Positions 12,877-24,502 of a stretch of DNA of 64,000 nucleotides are shown one piece after another (position 1 is the first letter of the stretch; each line of letters opens with the position of its first letter). The translations under genes were made by a program, and so were the position numbers. The stretch is from Psilocybe cubensis (Eukaryota), in assembly GCA_017499595.2 (NCBI GenBank), contig CM039003.1, forward strand, positions 1,054,001-1,118,000. Reading direction: 5' to 3'. Below the pieces are notes generated by a model, which was not told the origin of the DNA, ran no database searches, and saw nothing but the letters and a program-made list of their open reading frames with translations.

Positions 12877-15265
12877 ATGCCAAAGACTACGCAAGCAGCA
12901 ACACACAAAAATCCATACCCAACGTATTTGCATGCTCGTAAAGCCGCTGAAAAAGGCGTCAAAAAACACAAAAAAGCCGAAACAACCGCTGAAAACTACC
13001 GTGGCCATATTTGCCGTGGAAGAGAGTTTTTTGAGAAGTTTGTTCTTGAAGAAAGTGAAGCCGAGGAACTATGGAATAGGCGTCCAGACTCAGAGGCAAA
13101 TATAGCAGTGGCAGGCGAGAATCAGCTTCAATTGAGTGGTTCTGATTCTGACAGATTTTGGATGCATCCCAAATTCCGTGAAGCATTTACCGGGCCACCA
13201 ATTGAATGCACTCTACTTGCAATTTCTATGTTCATGGCATTTAAATGTCATACCCTTAATCGAGAAAAGTCTACGGCATCTGCTATTCATGCAGCCTTTA
13301 TCCAACATTATGATCAGTTGTACGTGAAATTGGCTGTCATCTCACGGTAGATTGGATTCTAACTTTTGCTATTCACATGGATATAGGGACAGAGATAAGT
13401 TTCGAGGGAAGTGGCATTATGATAACCATCTAAAGGAGTGGGTCGGAAACCCTGTTCGGTCCGCAGAGGTTGAAGATCAGCTAGCGGCATGTAAAAATAA
13501 GGATGGTGAGGGTGAAAGAAAGCACTCACGCGCAATTACTATTCAAGATATGCGCTGTCTTCTTGACCATTCACTCCAAAAATGTCCAACCTTTGATCTT
13601 GAAAACGGTACACAGGCTTATCAGAAAAATATTCTGGCCGAGCGGGCGACTTACTTGCTATTCAATGCCTTATCAACATCTGCATTTACGATCTGGATGA
13701 GGTATTGGTAGCTCTGAATATATCTGGTGACAGCTGCTTACCTGATTTGTTAGAATTGGCGAGGTCACTTCACTTCAATACAAGAATCTTGAGTTTCCAG
13801 TAGGACGTCAGAAATCACACTTCCAAGGCCATCACTATTTCCGGCTCAACTTGCGCAATCGGAAAAACTGGCAAAAGCGGGAAAAAAATGGAGAACACCA
13901 GCTAAGCGGTCAGTTGATTACAATCTAATCTTTTATCGGAGTATCCAATGTCATACTGAATTTGTGAATTGCCAGGGCATACTTACATGGTATACAGCCA
14001 ACCACGGACACCCAAGATTGATATGCATAGGCACCTGCTAGATTGGTTGGAGTTTTACGAGACAGTTCTTCTTGGAAGGCCACTCCTACCCGATGACTTT
14101 TTGTTTCCTATGATTGGTATTAGCGGCACATCAGTCCAGCCAGATTGTGCCATGACATCCGATATCGCTCAAAAGAAGATAAATCAAATGGCAATGGATG
14201 CAAATATTCACGGTGCTCAGTATTTTACTACTCACTGCTTCCGACGGGGAGGTGCTCAGTATCGCTTCATGTTTGCTCCGCTTGGAGAGAGGTGGACGCT
14301 TGCTCGAATACGATGGTGGGGTGGGTGGGCAACTGGGGAACATGTAAGTTTGGAATTCTATATTCATTGGTAAGAGTCTAATCAAATGTTGCTGGATAAA
14401 GCGAGATACGTTAATTCGGTATCTACTGGATGAACTGTATACCTATGAGGAAGATCATAGCAATGCGCTTTGTCCAGCAGACGATTCCCCCAATCCGGAC
14501 TTAGCATTTTCGTCTCATGAGCAGAAACTCGTATTGAACGCAGCACCCACAACCAACATTGTTGCTGGATTCACGCGCCAAGTGACACAGCAAATTTCAA
14601 CCCTTTGTTATAGTCTCGAAGAATTGCGACGGCACTCTTCGGTAAGTCTGCAGTTTGATTTGCCAGCTCTTAATAATTAATAACAGCTTTACAATACAGC
14701 TTTCTGTGGGACCCACACTACGGACTGTAACGGACCTCGACAAATCCAAGTCACCAGTGCCGCGGCCACCGTTGGTTGAACATTCTCATCAATTCTCACC
14801 AACATTCTTACCCGGCGGGCCTCCACATCATTTTTCTAGCCAGTTCAGTCTCAAAAACACAGCAGCTACTAATAACATGGAGATCCGCCATCTTATCCCA
14901 GGTTTTCCTCGAAAGCTTGCATCCAAAGCATTTGAGCAAGTTGTAAAAGACTGGGAAATGGCTGATCCCAGCCGTTCTCTCTATGTTCCAATGAAGGATT
15001 GGGACCCTGAATGGCATAAACGCTCAGGCCAATCTCAAAAGTATGGACAGCGACAAACCGTTGCCCTTGAATTCATTGATTAGTGAGTTTGGTCAAATCT
15101 TACAGTATTATTTACTAACTACGAGTTAGTTTTAATCGTGACAAAGACGCGTTTAAGCGAGCGTATCCGGAGTATGTCAAAGGGTTCACTCCTCTTTTGC
15201 ATGCTATTCGGCAGGCACAGCAACTGAGAGGTGACAGTATACAGCGCCGTCGAAGAATAGATTAA
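12877..15265 (+). CDS. Tyrosine recombinase (Crypton-like) with a putative C-terminal DNA-binding domain
   Basis: Seven exons join in frame; catalytic set WM-R-IGE, NR-K-NWQ, H-CF-R-RGGAQY, RWWGG-W, TLIR-Y-LLDE; C-terminal VVKDWE..PMKDW..QKYGQRQ segment is reminiscent of GCR1_C. Confidence 0.88.
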
Positions 15266-15879
15266 TTTGCTCCATTTGTTGATTACAGTCATAATAATAT
15301 AATTGTTCCTTAGATTTCAACAAACGAGAGTGGGTGGACAAAATCTGCATTGAAATACCATCTATTCTACAAACATATACCTAATCTTGTTCTGTGTACT
15401 TGACAAACAGACCAGCAACGATGACTTGAAAACGGCGACACAATATCATCGTGGTCATTGTGATTCGTGATGTCCAAAACGACAGCCACCCAAGAGCCGG
15501 CAACAGCGCGACAAGAGACACGAGATTCCCGCGCGATGCAACGTGTGTGGTGTGGGTCTTGCTATCAGAACAACGTAAGAGGAGCTGTGAACCTGCAACA
15601 AAAAGTGAGTCCGCAACACGAGAACATACAGCAACAAGTAAGCAGTTCTCTCAACAAGTAAGCAGCCCTCTCTCTCTATTTTCTGCCATTGCCATTGCGG
15701 TCAACAAATGAGGTATTGCGATATTGCGACGGCGGGATGTCGAGAGCGAGACGAGGGTTAAAGGGCGACGGCGACGACGACAAACGTCGATTGACATCTG
15801 TCCTCATCGTTATCTCCCGCATTAGTCATTATCTCCCCGGGGCATCAGTCACATCACCCGGTGAGTGCCTAATATAGTT

Positions 15880-16512
15880 TCTATTTCGGAGGGAAGCTGG
15901 TTGGGGCCGAGCACGCGACTATGACGCGAAAGCGATCAACTTTCGATCATGATCGCCGAAAACGGCAGCGGCCCTGGTCGAGGCCCTTAAATTCTACGAC
16001 ATAAGTAAAGATGAAACATTTCTGTAGCAGACCTTGACGCACTGCAGAATAATCACGGCAATCCAGTCCGGGGCGATTATTCTGTACTATGTAAGTCAAC
16101 CAGTTATTCTGCTCTGAGATAAAACCAACGTTGCATTCATCTTATAGCTCCCACAAGTGAGTATCGATATAATATTCTATTTGTATACGGTCACAACGGT
16201 TTAATTTTTGGGTAATAGGGTCTCTACAGTACAGTCCTCAACGACGATACTTTGATCATCTCGTCAATTTTGATTTCGCGATTTATCTTGGAGATCAGGA
16301 GTTTTTGTGTGGATGACCGAAGAGGGGCGGATCAAAGTCTTCAATCTTCGTTGCACTTCGCTGGGCCTCGCGATGCTGCTCCGAATAACCAGTTAAATAC
16401 CTCGACAAATAGCCGCTGGACAAGCCTGGTCAGGGACTTTGAAGATCTGGATACCCACCCAGAGTTGCTAGGCAACTCAAGGAAATGCGAGGGGACGTCT
16501 TCCAGTGTTTAG
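15880..16512 (+). pseudogene. 5'-truncated DUF6533-like membrane protein remnant (last TM helices and tail)
   Basis: Segments LSIMIAENG, IITAIQSGAIILYY and LIISSILISRFILEIR followed by a polar tail; no N-terminal exons found. Confidence 0.55.
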
Positions 16513-16821
16513 CTGCATCCTCCAATTACATCCAGGAGGTTCATTGGCCGAAATCCATAAAACAATCCCAAAAGGATAACAGTTTGTTCCCGATTTAATC
16601 TCATTCACTGCTATACTTAACCTTTGATAAATCGTGTTGATTTAGCAATCGTTCTCCTCGCGTGTTCATACAGAGAACGTAGACAAGAGCGCTGAAAACT
16701 TGTAAATTTTGGCACGATATTAGCTATCCAAAAAACGTACATAATAATAAAACGCCAGGAAGCCTGATCGCATATTAAGTTAGGTTTAGGCATCAAGTTT
16801 CGAGAGGACAAGCTCAGAAAA

Positions 16822-17970
16822 CTACTCTTGCATTCTGTCATCGTCTTCGTCATCGTCCTTTGGGGAAAGTTGTTGCTGTCTCTGTTGTTGCTCTCGCTGC
16901 TCAACCTGCGACAATGCCTGGTCAACATTTCCCACCGCCTCCAGTGCTCGTCGGAGGCTATCCCCAGTCCCAATCTCAGACGCCATAGCATCAAGCCTGT
17001 CCACAGCCACTGTGGACGCACCTCCTCCACCTCCATCGACTGTCGATGTCCCACTCCTCGCTGTCCGTGAAACCAATCGACTTAGGGCCCAGTTCACATA
17101 CCCGGTATGGCTCGTCTCCCACTGGCGCTTGCCTACCTCGGTCGTGGTGCCGGCTGATGATGTCGGCGGTGTGATGGTGTCGGTCGGAGGCAAAGATGAC
17201 ATGGTTGTGTACATTTGGAGGAACTTTGGGGGGATGGAGTGCAATTTATCGAGGCTTGAGCTCCCAGGGTCGTCAAAGGTGGATGGTACAGATAGAGAAG
17301 AAAGTTGGGATAATCGTGATTCGGCACGCGCCAACTGACGCGAAGACGTGCGTATCGCACGCGTTAGAAGTCGATTGAGTTTCCGTTGCTAAAGACAGAT
17401 GGTACAAGCAATGGTATGGCGCAGTTAGAAGGGTAATAGAAGAATAATGAAGATAAAACGTACCCCGTCGAGCCTTTTACGCAGTTCTTCTACCTCTTCC
17501 ATAGCCTCCACCTCTTGCTCTGGAGTAACCGTGAGATCAAGTCCTTGCTGATGCGGGAGCACAATAGGCAAGTCACTCGGGACCATAAAAATATTCCGCA
17601 TACACCACGCCTCAAAGAAGTCAAAAGCTATGTCGGTGTGATACTCTAGGAGGGTTTGAAACGCGACTAAGCCCTGCTCAACCTCATGAATGGTGGCCTC
17701 AGCATCAGCATCGGCCTTTGCGCGCGCGTTTGCCCCTGATCCAGAGGCCGCTTCGGAGGCCGCTACGCGTTCATCAGCCCATTTCTCTAAAAATTCTTCC
17801 ATCCCGTTGACACCGTCTTGCACAGCGTTGTTTGCTATATTGATGATATCGTCAAGTAGAAGCTGAGGGGAAAAACCGAGAGCTTCTGACAATAGAAGAG
17901 ATGGCGCATTTTGGGGAGTTGATACCGAGGTAGGTTTGGTATTGGAGGGACCTGCTTGGCTGGAGGCCAT
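16822..17970 (-). CDS. MIS12: Kinetochore protein Mis12/Mtw1
   Basis: LLSEALGFSPQLLLDDIIN...EVEQGLVAFQTLLEYHTDIAFDFFEAWCMRNIF followed by a coiled coil; one intron near 17400-17462. Confidence 0.9.
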
Positions 17971-18374
17971 GATTGCTTGATACGAATGCAAGAGCGATGG
18001 TGAAAGAAGAACTTCCTTGAACGCGTCCTGAGACCATTTGGAATGATCTCACGTGTTGATGGCAGGTTTGTAGATTCAATCGCCGCTTGAAGTGGAAATA
18101 GCTGGGCAACATGCACCCTGTCCGCGCTCGTCGAAAATAATTGGTGCGAAAGTTGGTCCTTGTCGAAAGGAGAGGGTAAACTAAAAATCGACTTGTAATA
18201 TAAGGAAGAAGGAGCAACGCCGGCAATTTATTTAGAAAAGCAAAACTTTTGTTTGGCATCGAGCTCCGCGCGTCAAGATATGAATGGACTGTTGAAGGAC
18301 TGTGTAGCTTTACATTGTACAAATATTGGTTGATGCATAAATACACCTATAAACTTCTACTCTTACAACCCATT

Positions 18375-19364
18375 TCACGCATTCGCTTTAAGCTCCTCCG
18401 CCGTCAAGCTTCCATCCTCAGTGTACCACAATTCGCGAACCTTGACACACCTCAAATGGTTTTTGCCTCCACTCAAGCTCGCATCGTGATGGAACAAGTA
18501 CGTCCGCCCCTCGAATTCCACGATACTGTGGTGAGTCGTCCATCCGGTAACAGGCTCCAGAATTCGTCCGCGATAGGTGAAAGGGCCAAGGGGTGAGTCG
18601 CCCGTGGCATAGCAGAGGTAATGCGTATCGCCAGTGCTGTAGCTGAAGTAATAAACACCGTTGTGTTTGTGCATCCACGCGGCCTCAAAGAATCTCCTGT
18701 CATGGTCCGATGAGTGAAGCAACTCCTTCGTCTCAGGGTCGTAGATCTCCACTGGCAAGTCCTCGCCAACAAAGCTCTTCATATCTTCGCTCAGCTTCGC
18801 CACGCGCGCGCAAAGCGCCGGTCCCTCCGTCGCCTCCATCTGCGAATACGCGTCTTTATCGAAGGTTCGCTTTTGCCAGCACTGCAGCTGGCCGCCCCAG
18901 ATACCTCCAAAGTAGAGATACGCCTGGCCATCGTCGTCGACAAAGCTCGCTGGGTCAATGCTGTAGCTGCCCTTGATAGGCTCCGGCTCCGGGACGAAGG
19001 GGCCGTGGGGCTCGTCCGCAACCGCGACGCCGATCTGGAAGAAGCCCTCGTGATTGCGTGCGGGGAAGAAGAAATAATATTTGCCGTTCTTGGTTGCCGC
19101 GTCAGGGGCCCACATTTGTTTCGCGGCCCATGGGACATCCTTGATGGAGAGAACGACGCCGTGGTCGGTGACGGGCCCTGAGATGCTGGGGAGAGAGAGG
19201 ACGTGGTAGTCGTTCATGGCGTATTGGTCGCCATTGTCGTTGTCCTCGATGTCGGTCGCGATATCGTGGGAAGGGTAGACATAAATGCGACCATTGAAAA
19301 CATGAGCTGACGGATCGGCGGTGTAGATATGGGTGACGAGAGGCTGAATATCGAGCGATGCCAT
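18375..19364 (-). CDS. GH43 beta-xylosidase/arabinofuranosidase (subfamily 1-like), intronless, copy 1
   Basis: 329-aa ORF with YTADPSAHVF, MWAPDAA, SIDPA, RRFFEAAW, GWTTHHSI; no signal peptide. Confidence 0.95.
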   Translation of the reverse strand: MASLDIQPLVTHIYTADPSAHVFNGRIYVYPSHDIATDIEDNDNGDQYAMNDYHVLSLPSISGPVTDHGVVLSIKDVPWAAKQMWAPDAATKNGKYYFFFPARNHEGFFQIGVAVADEPHGPFVPEPEPIKGSYSIDPASFVDDDGQAYLYFGGIWGGQLQCWQKRTFDKDAYSQMEATEGPALCARVAKLSEDMKSFVGEDLPVEIYDPETKELLHSSDHDRRFFEAAWMHKHNGVYYFSYSTGDTHYLCYATGDSPLGPFTYRGRILEPVTGWTTHHSIVEFEGRTYLFHHDASLSGGKNHLRCVKVRELWYTEDGSLTAEELKANA

Positions 19365-20354
19365 GATGAAGAAGATCTTGAGTGTGAAGATAGTAGATGA
19401 GGACTAGAGAGAGGAAGGATCAGCCTCGGAGGGAACTGGAGACATAAATACTGGCGATTACATAGGGGTTTGGCGTATATAGATTTAGCCAGTTTGCCCG
19501 CGATCAGTGTGAAATACCGAGGTTGGCCCGCCTTTTGCTCAGCAATATTCAAAAGATATCTTGCACTTTCCTAGTGTTGTAGGTATCTATGAGAATGCCT
19601 GCAATTATTTCATGTATTGAGCCGAATAAATGCTAAGCATGTACTGCGATGGGTATGCATCATATTATTTTATCGTATTCCTTCGCTGACCTGTTAAACA
19701 GACGCTTTTGCCAAGTTAAACGCGGGGAAAATAGATAATCGACACCCCGGATCTCGTGGCTCTACCTTTGAAACCCGCATAACTCTGTATGTACCTGGTT
19801 CTAATTGACTGACTATTTTGGTTCATAACGTTGACATGCTTCTTGCTGCGCGTGGGCGTACAGATGACAACTTGAGCACGATTGGCGTGTTTCCTCTAAA
19901 GCGGCCAGTCAGGAACCTGCCATTATCCTAATACAAACAAAGCTAGTTACCAATCCTTCTAATAGTAGCTATGAACTATTCTTACTTACGATTTGCGTTT
20001 ATTCATCAATGGGCGCTTAATCCTTCATTTCCGTTCCGAACCATTAAAGGCCGGACGTTTGATTCTTCTAAGTCATCTATTATTGATTTTATGAAAATTA
20101 TAACAGCTCTGACATTCTTCGCTTTTAGAATACACTTTAACTTTCGATATAATACAGCCCTGCCAGTGCGCTGCTCTGCTATAGCTCCACTGACCTTAAC
20201 TCCGGGATATCAAAGACCCTCAACATATTGATACTGGCGTTGATCTCATCTCAACCACGTAGTTATATGACTTGATGCTGCACTTAATAATTAATAGACG
20301 GACTACTGTCAACAAGTATCTGTTACTGCAGTAACTACTACTGAAAAAGTGAAC

Positions 20355-21239
20355 TTAAGTCGAAGCGCTCTTCAAAGACGGTCGAATAGGTTGCAACGCA
20401 GGCATCTTGTCGAAATTGGCAGTGGCTGTAAACTCTGGAATATAGTGCATACCAGCTCCCTGTTGGAAACTCAACAATCAATAACAGAGTTGTGGAGTCC
20501 CAAAAGCATAAAATACTAACGATGATGTAGGCTGGGAAGCCAGGATCAAAGGGAACGACGCTTTCGAGATGCTTGATTTGCTCATCGGAAAGCGATATAT
20601 CTAGAGCTTCAATATTCTGAATGAGATGCTCAACTTTGCGTCCCCCAATGATGGGGAATACATAGGGAGTTTTTTGCATCAGGTAGGCAATAGCCACTGT
20701 ACAATAAAAAATAAGTTATCGCCATCGGAAATAAATGACTGTTTCCGAATAGCCACATTCAAGAAAACCTGAATAGAGAAATATTGCTTACCAGCCGTGA
20801 CTGATTGGGTTCCGACCTCTGCTGCTACTTTCTCGAGCGCAGCACAAACAAGCTTCTCCTTCTCGTTACGCCTCCTACGCTTCTCTGCCCATTCACCGAT
20901 AATGCGTTCGGAGGAGCCATTTTGACTAATGTAAAGCGTAAGGTTAGTAGAGGAATTGAAGGAGCGATATTCGCGTTGATTAAACCAAAAAAGGGGACAT
21001 TATACGTACTAGACATTTGCAGTGTCTATGAAATTTCCTCCATGATCGAAGAACGCGTCTAGAAGCTTGAAGCTGGATTCTTTATCCATGGAGCCCATTC
21101 CTAGCTCTACCCATTGGTCTCCTATGCTCATCCCTCCAAGCTGTATGGGGGAGACGTGCACACCAGCTGTCGGGGAGAGTAAACGATAGCGTGCAAGCGC
21201 GGACTCAGGTGGGGGGCAGGGTTCAAAGGGGGAAGGCAT
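20355..21239 (-). pseudogene. Aryl-alcohol dehydrogenase (aldo-keto reductase) copy A with an in-frame internal deletion
   Basis: Exon 1 (GGNFIDTAN) and 3' exons present; exon 2 jumps from IIGEWAEKR to [16 protein letters not shown] near 20875, losing the ATKY and [10 protein letters not shown] segments present in copies B and C. Confidence 0.85.
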
Positions 21240-22836
21240 TTTTGGAAGAAGTAGGAGAGGTGTAACAACACTGGAGGAATTAATGCAAGTGTGTGCAGCT
21301 CTTTATAGGCTGCTTGGTAGAGGTGTTTTCAGTTAACCGTATTGAGCACTTTCGGGCATTGGGGAGTCTACGATTTGATGATTTTTGGCATGGCAAGCGC
21401 TGACCAGTCCACAAGCATCCAAAGAAATCATATCATGAGGTAATAGATATTAAATAAGGTAGGCTGTAGATGCTTGTTGGCTATGGTCTCAGCGTTTGAG
21501 ATGTTATTGGCAAAATTGAAAAGAAAATTCAATGACAAAGTAAAGATGTCTACTGGGTATAAACAAAACTGATCGGTCTGAGTATGCATGCAGTATAAGA
21601 CGCCAAAATTCCTCACAACCTTGAAAATACCTCAAGATAACTTCCAACAGTCGCATCGTACCAATCCCACTTGGCGTTGACTGAGGTACTTTTCAGTGGA
21701 TCGTGTCCATATTGATGGTAATCTCGATAACCTAACTTGTCCTAACCTTCAAGCATGCACTCTTGGTGCCGACTTGTTGTCCAAGCACTGACGCGTCCAG
21801 TGCCGAGAAATTATATACTACTCAGAAAACTCGGTTGCGGGTACAGAAAAGACAATCAAGTCAGCCACCCACCAACTTTTGGGCCGTCAACAACCCAAAT
21901 TGGGCTTGATTTCCGAAAGAAGAAGGCTGGCCGAGTGTGGACGTTAGTGAGATTCTGCACGGCCATCATCATGAGGCTGCAAAATTCGGAAGCACACCTT
22001 TATTTTCAGGCACCCTCCATTTACACAAGTATATTTTTGCGTTACCAGAGGCGTCAACAGTTAAAACGTTAAAGGATCGACCGTATTTTATGAAGCTCAG
22101 CTCCGCTTTAAACCTTATTTTTTGCATTACCAGCTTTATGAAGGGATTTGCCTGTGGGCGCGATCCCACTTCTACGAGTCACCTTTGTGCCCTAACTACT
22201 ATAATGGCCTCAGATATTTTTCTACAGTTGAAAACCCTTGTTTTAGCAAAAGAATCCCGTCACTGCGTTTGCGTTATCACTGTCTGGTCACTGGTGCCAA
22301 ACTATGTTGAAACTCCGATTCAAACCGGCAACTACTGCAGCCGAGACCCCCAAGTGGACGACTTCCGAAATCCCCATTGACCCCTGTACTTGCCTCTCCA
22401 CGACAATCTGAAGCCAGTCATTATATCTCGAGTGCTTCCAGGGAATTCACTCGGAACATACAAATAGGTCGTAAACTAATCAACTCAGCTGTTTCTAATG
22501 GTGTAAAAGCCAGTCGCACGATGATTTGAGGCTTGAAAAACACCTTCAACACAGAAGAATCGAGCACTCGGGTACCACTTTCCATGATTTCCTTCATCTC
22601 AAGAGAAGAATCATTGATCATTACAGAGTATATTGCTAGGCAATATAAGGAAAACATCCCCGTAGGACTTCCAAGCTCGCCATGACCTTGCGTCATTTCA
22701 CACGTTATCCCGAGGGTTGATCTGTTTTTGAAATGACATAGCTTCGACCTTTCTTCTCGCACTGCCCACGGCCATAATACCTCCACCTCCGGTCCTCCAT
22801 CCTTTCCCCATCAATTCCCCCTCCGTCTCCGCTACG

Positions 22837-24367
22837 ATGGTGTTGACATCGAGCGTCCCACTTGTCGCGTTCTCGATGTTGCTTGCGCTGATGGATTTGG
22901 TAGAAGCTGCTTCCTATGATATGGTGAAAGAATACTCTGGGAAGACATTTTTCGATGAATGGACTTTTTATAATCATTGTGAGTATTTGACTTTGAGTGA
23001 TGTGAACGTCCCCTAATCATCTTTCTGCAGTCGATAACCTGACAAATGGGAATGTACAGTGAGTGAAGCTACGAGACCATCAATTCAACTTTGGTTTCTC
23101 AAACTATTTGAATCCAAGGTACCTGTCGGCGTCTGACGCGTTCAAATCAAAGCTGGCTTTTGTCGATCCTACAACAAATCACGCTATCATGAAGGTCGAT
23201 AACACCTCCAACGTCGAGTTTAACAGCAACAGAAACAGTGTGCGGCTGCAGACGGATGTCAAGTACAGTGTAGGAAGCGTGTGGATAGTGGACATGCTAC
23301 ACGTTCCTTTCGGTGTGCGTGTTTTCCTCCGCGCAGACGATGCTTATAAATAACTTCCATTCCTGTTAGTGCGCCGTTTGGCCTGCATGGTGCGTTTTCT
23401 GCGATAAGCTAATAGTACGACTTTTCAACGCAATCCTGCATTGAGTTTAGGTGGTCAGTTGCCGACACGCGCGAAGGAGGGTACGTTCATTCAATGACGT
23501 CATAGCAACGCGACTTATCTTGACGGTTTCATCTCACAGAGAAATAGACACATTCGAAGGTGTGAACCTAGCTAGTCACAGTATAATGGGTCTGCACACT
23601 CTTCCTGGATGCACGCAAGTCGGCCAAAATCAATCCTCGACCATCGTAAACTCGACGGACTGCTCCTTCCTCGCCAACGATAATCAGGGGTGCATTTCAA
23701 CTGTCAAAAGTACTCAATCGTACGGATCAGAGTTCGCCAAAGCAGGAGGGGGAGTGTTCGGGACCGAATTTGCGGAATCTGGAATTTCGTAAGTATGAAG
23801 TCTCCATTGTCTGTAGTGGGTTATATCTCATCGCAGTCGATTTGTTTGTTTTCACTTCAGGATATGGTTCTTCCCTCGCGCTGAAGTCCCCGACGTTCTT
23901 TCTTCGAATTCGAGTTCCATCGATACGTCATCTTTTGGACAGCCAGTCGGGAACTGGCCATCGACACAATGCAACTCGAGCGAATTTTTTCAGCCGCAGC
24001 ATCTTATTTTCGTGATTACGCTGTGTGGAGGTAGGTTCCTTTCATCCTCAAAACCCCGAATGTGTAATTGACCATAATTTTGCGCCGTATATCAATAGAT
24101 CTCGCAGGCAGGCCTGAGATATTCTCGCAGACATGTCCAGGGGTGTGCTACAACGACCATGTCCTTGGGGACGGCTCCAATTTTGCGGATGCTTATTTCG
24201 AGGTGGCGTCTGTCCGCGTGTTCAGCAAGGAAGGGACGAGTACCGTCGTTGGGGTACCCAAAACGTCTAGCACTCGTAGGATTGTCTCGATATCAAGATG
24301 GGGAGGGTTAGTTGTTGCCGCCATTGGATTAACTTTGATCAGCACCTTTTCTTCGGTATTCCTATAG
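22837..24367 (+). CDS. GH16 beta-glucanase/transglycosylase (Lam16A-like), secreted with a C-terminal membrane/GPI anchor
   Basis: Signal peptide MVLTSSVPLVAFSMLLAL, YSGKTFFDEWTF, DNLTNG, RNSVR, catalytic EIDTFEG, hydrophobic C-terminus. Confidence 0.9.
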
Positions 24368-24502
24368 AGTTTAAATCTTATTCACTCAGCTATAGGACAC
24401 GCTGAGAACACGGACCAAGCAGTAGTAGTACTAATCAATAAATAACAGGAAATAGATGGGGAGAATTAACTCGATCCAATCATTACATGTCACAAAGTTA
24501 AC

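Larger units (their letters stand above)
9590..15880 (+). mobile_element. Putative tyrosine-recombinase DNA element carrying a GEN1-like nuclease; boundaries approximate
   Basis: Co-oriented nuclease and recombinase genes about 300 bp apart in AT-rich DNA between two truncated DUF6533-like genes; no termini or TSD identified. Confidence 0.55.

Noticed and set aside
12877-15265. Calling the YR a Starship captain or a DIRS retroelement
   Set aside because: No reverse transcriptase/RNase H nearby and no DUF3435 assignment can be made by eye; motifs fit a Crypton-like YR better
15632-15666. Direct repeat CAACAAGTAAGCAG x2 downstream of the YR (and an AGAAATTTA tandem near 10245-10277)
   Set aside because: Only 2-4 short units, consistent with slippage; not CRISPR-like and no matching partner at the other end of the island
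9583-15846. CCGGGACA / CCGGGGCA as possible terminal direct repeats of the YR element
   Set aside because: Too short and imperfect; a similar word occurs again near 16068, so chance cannot be excluded
18418-19181. Alternative-frame ORFs conserved in both GH43 copies
   Set aside because: Their conservation follows trivially from nucleotide identity of the duplicates and high GC
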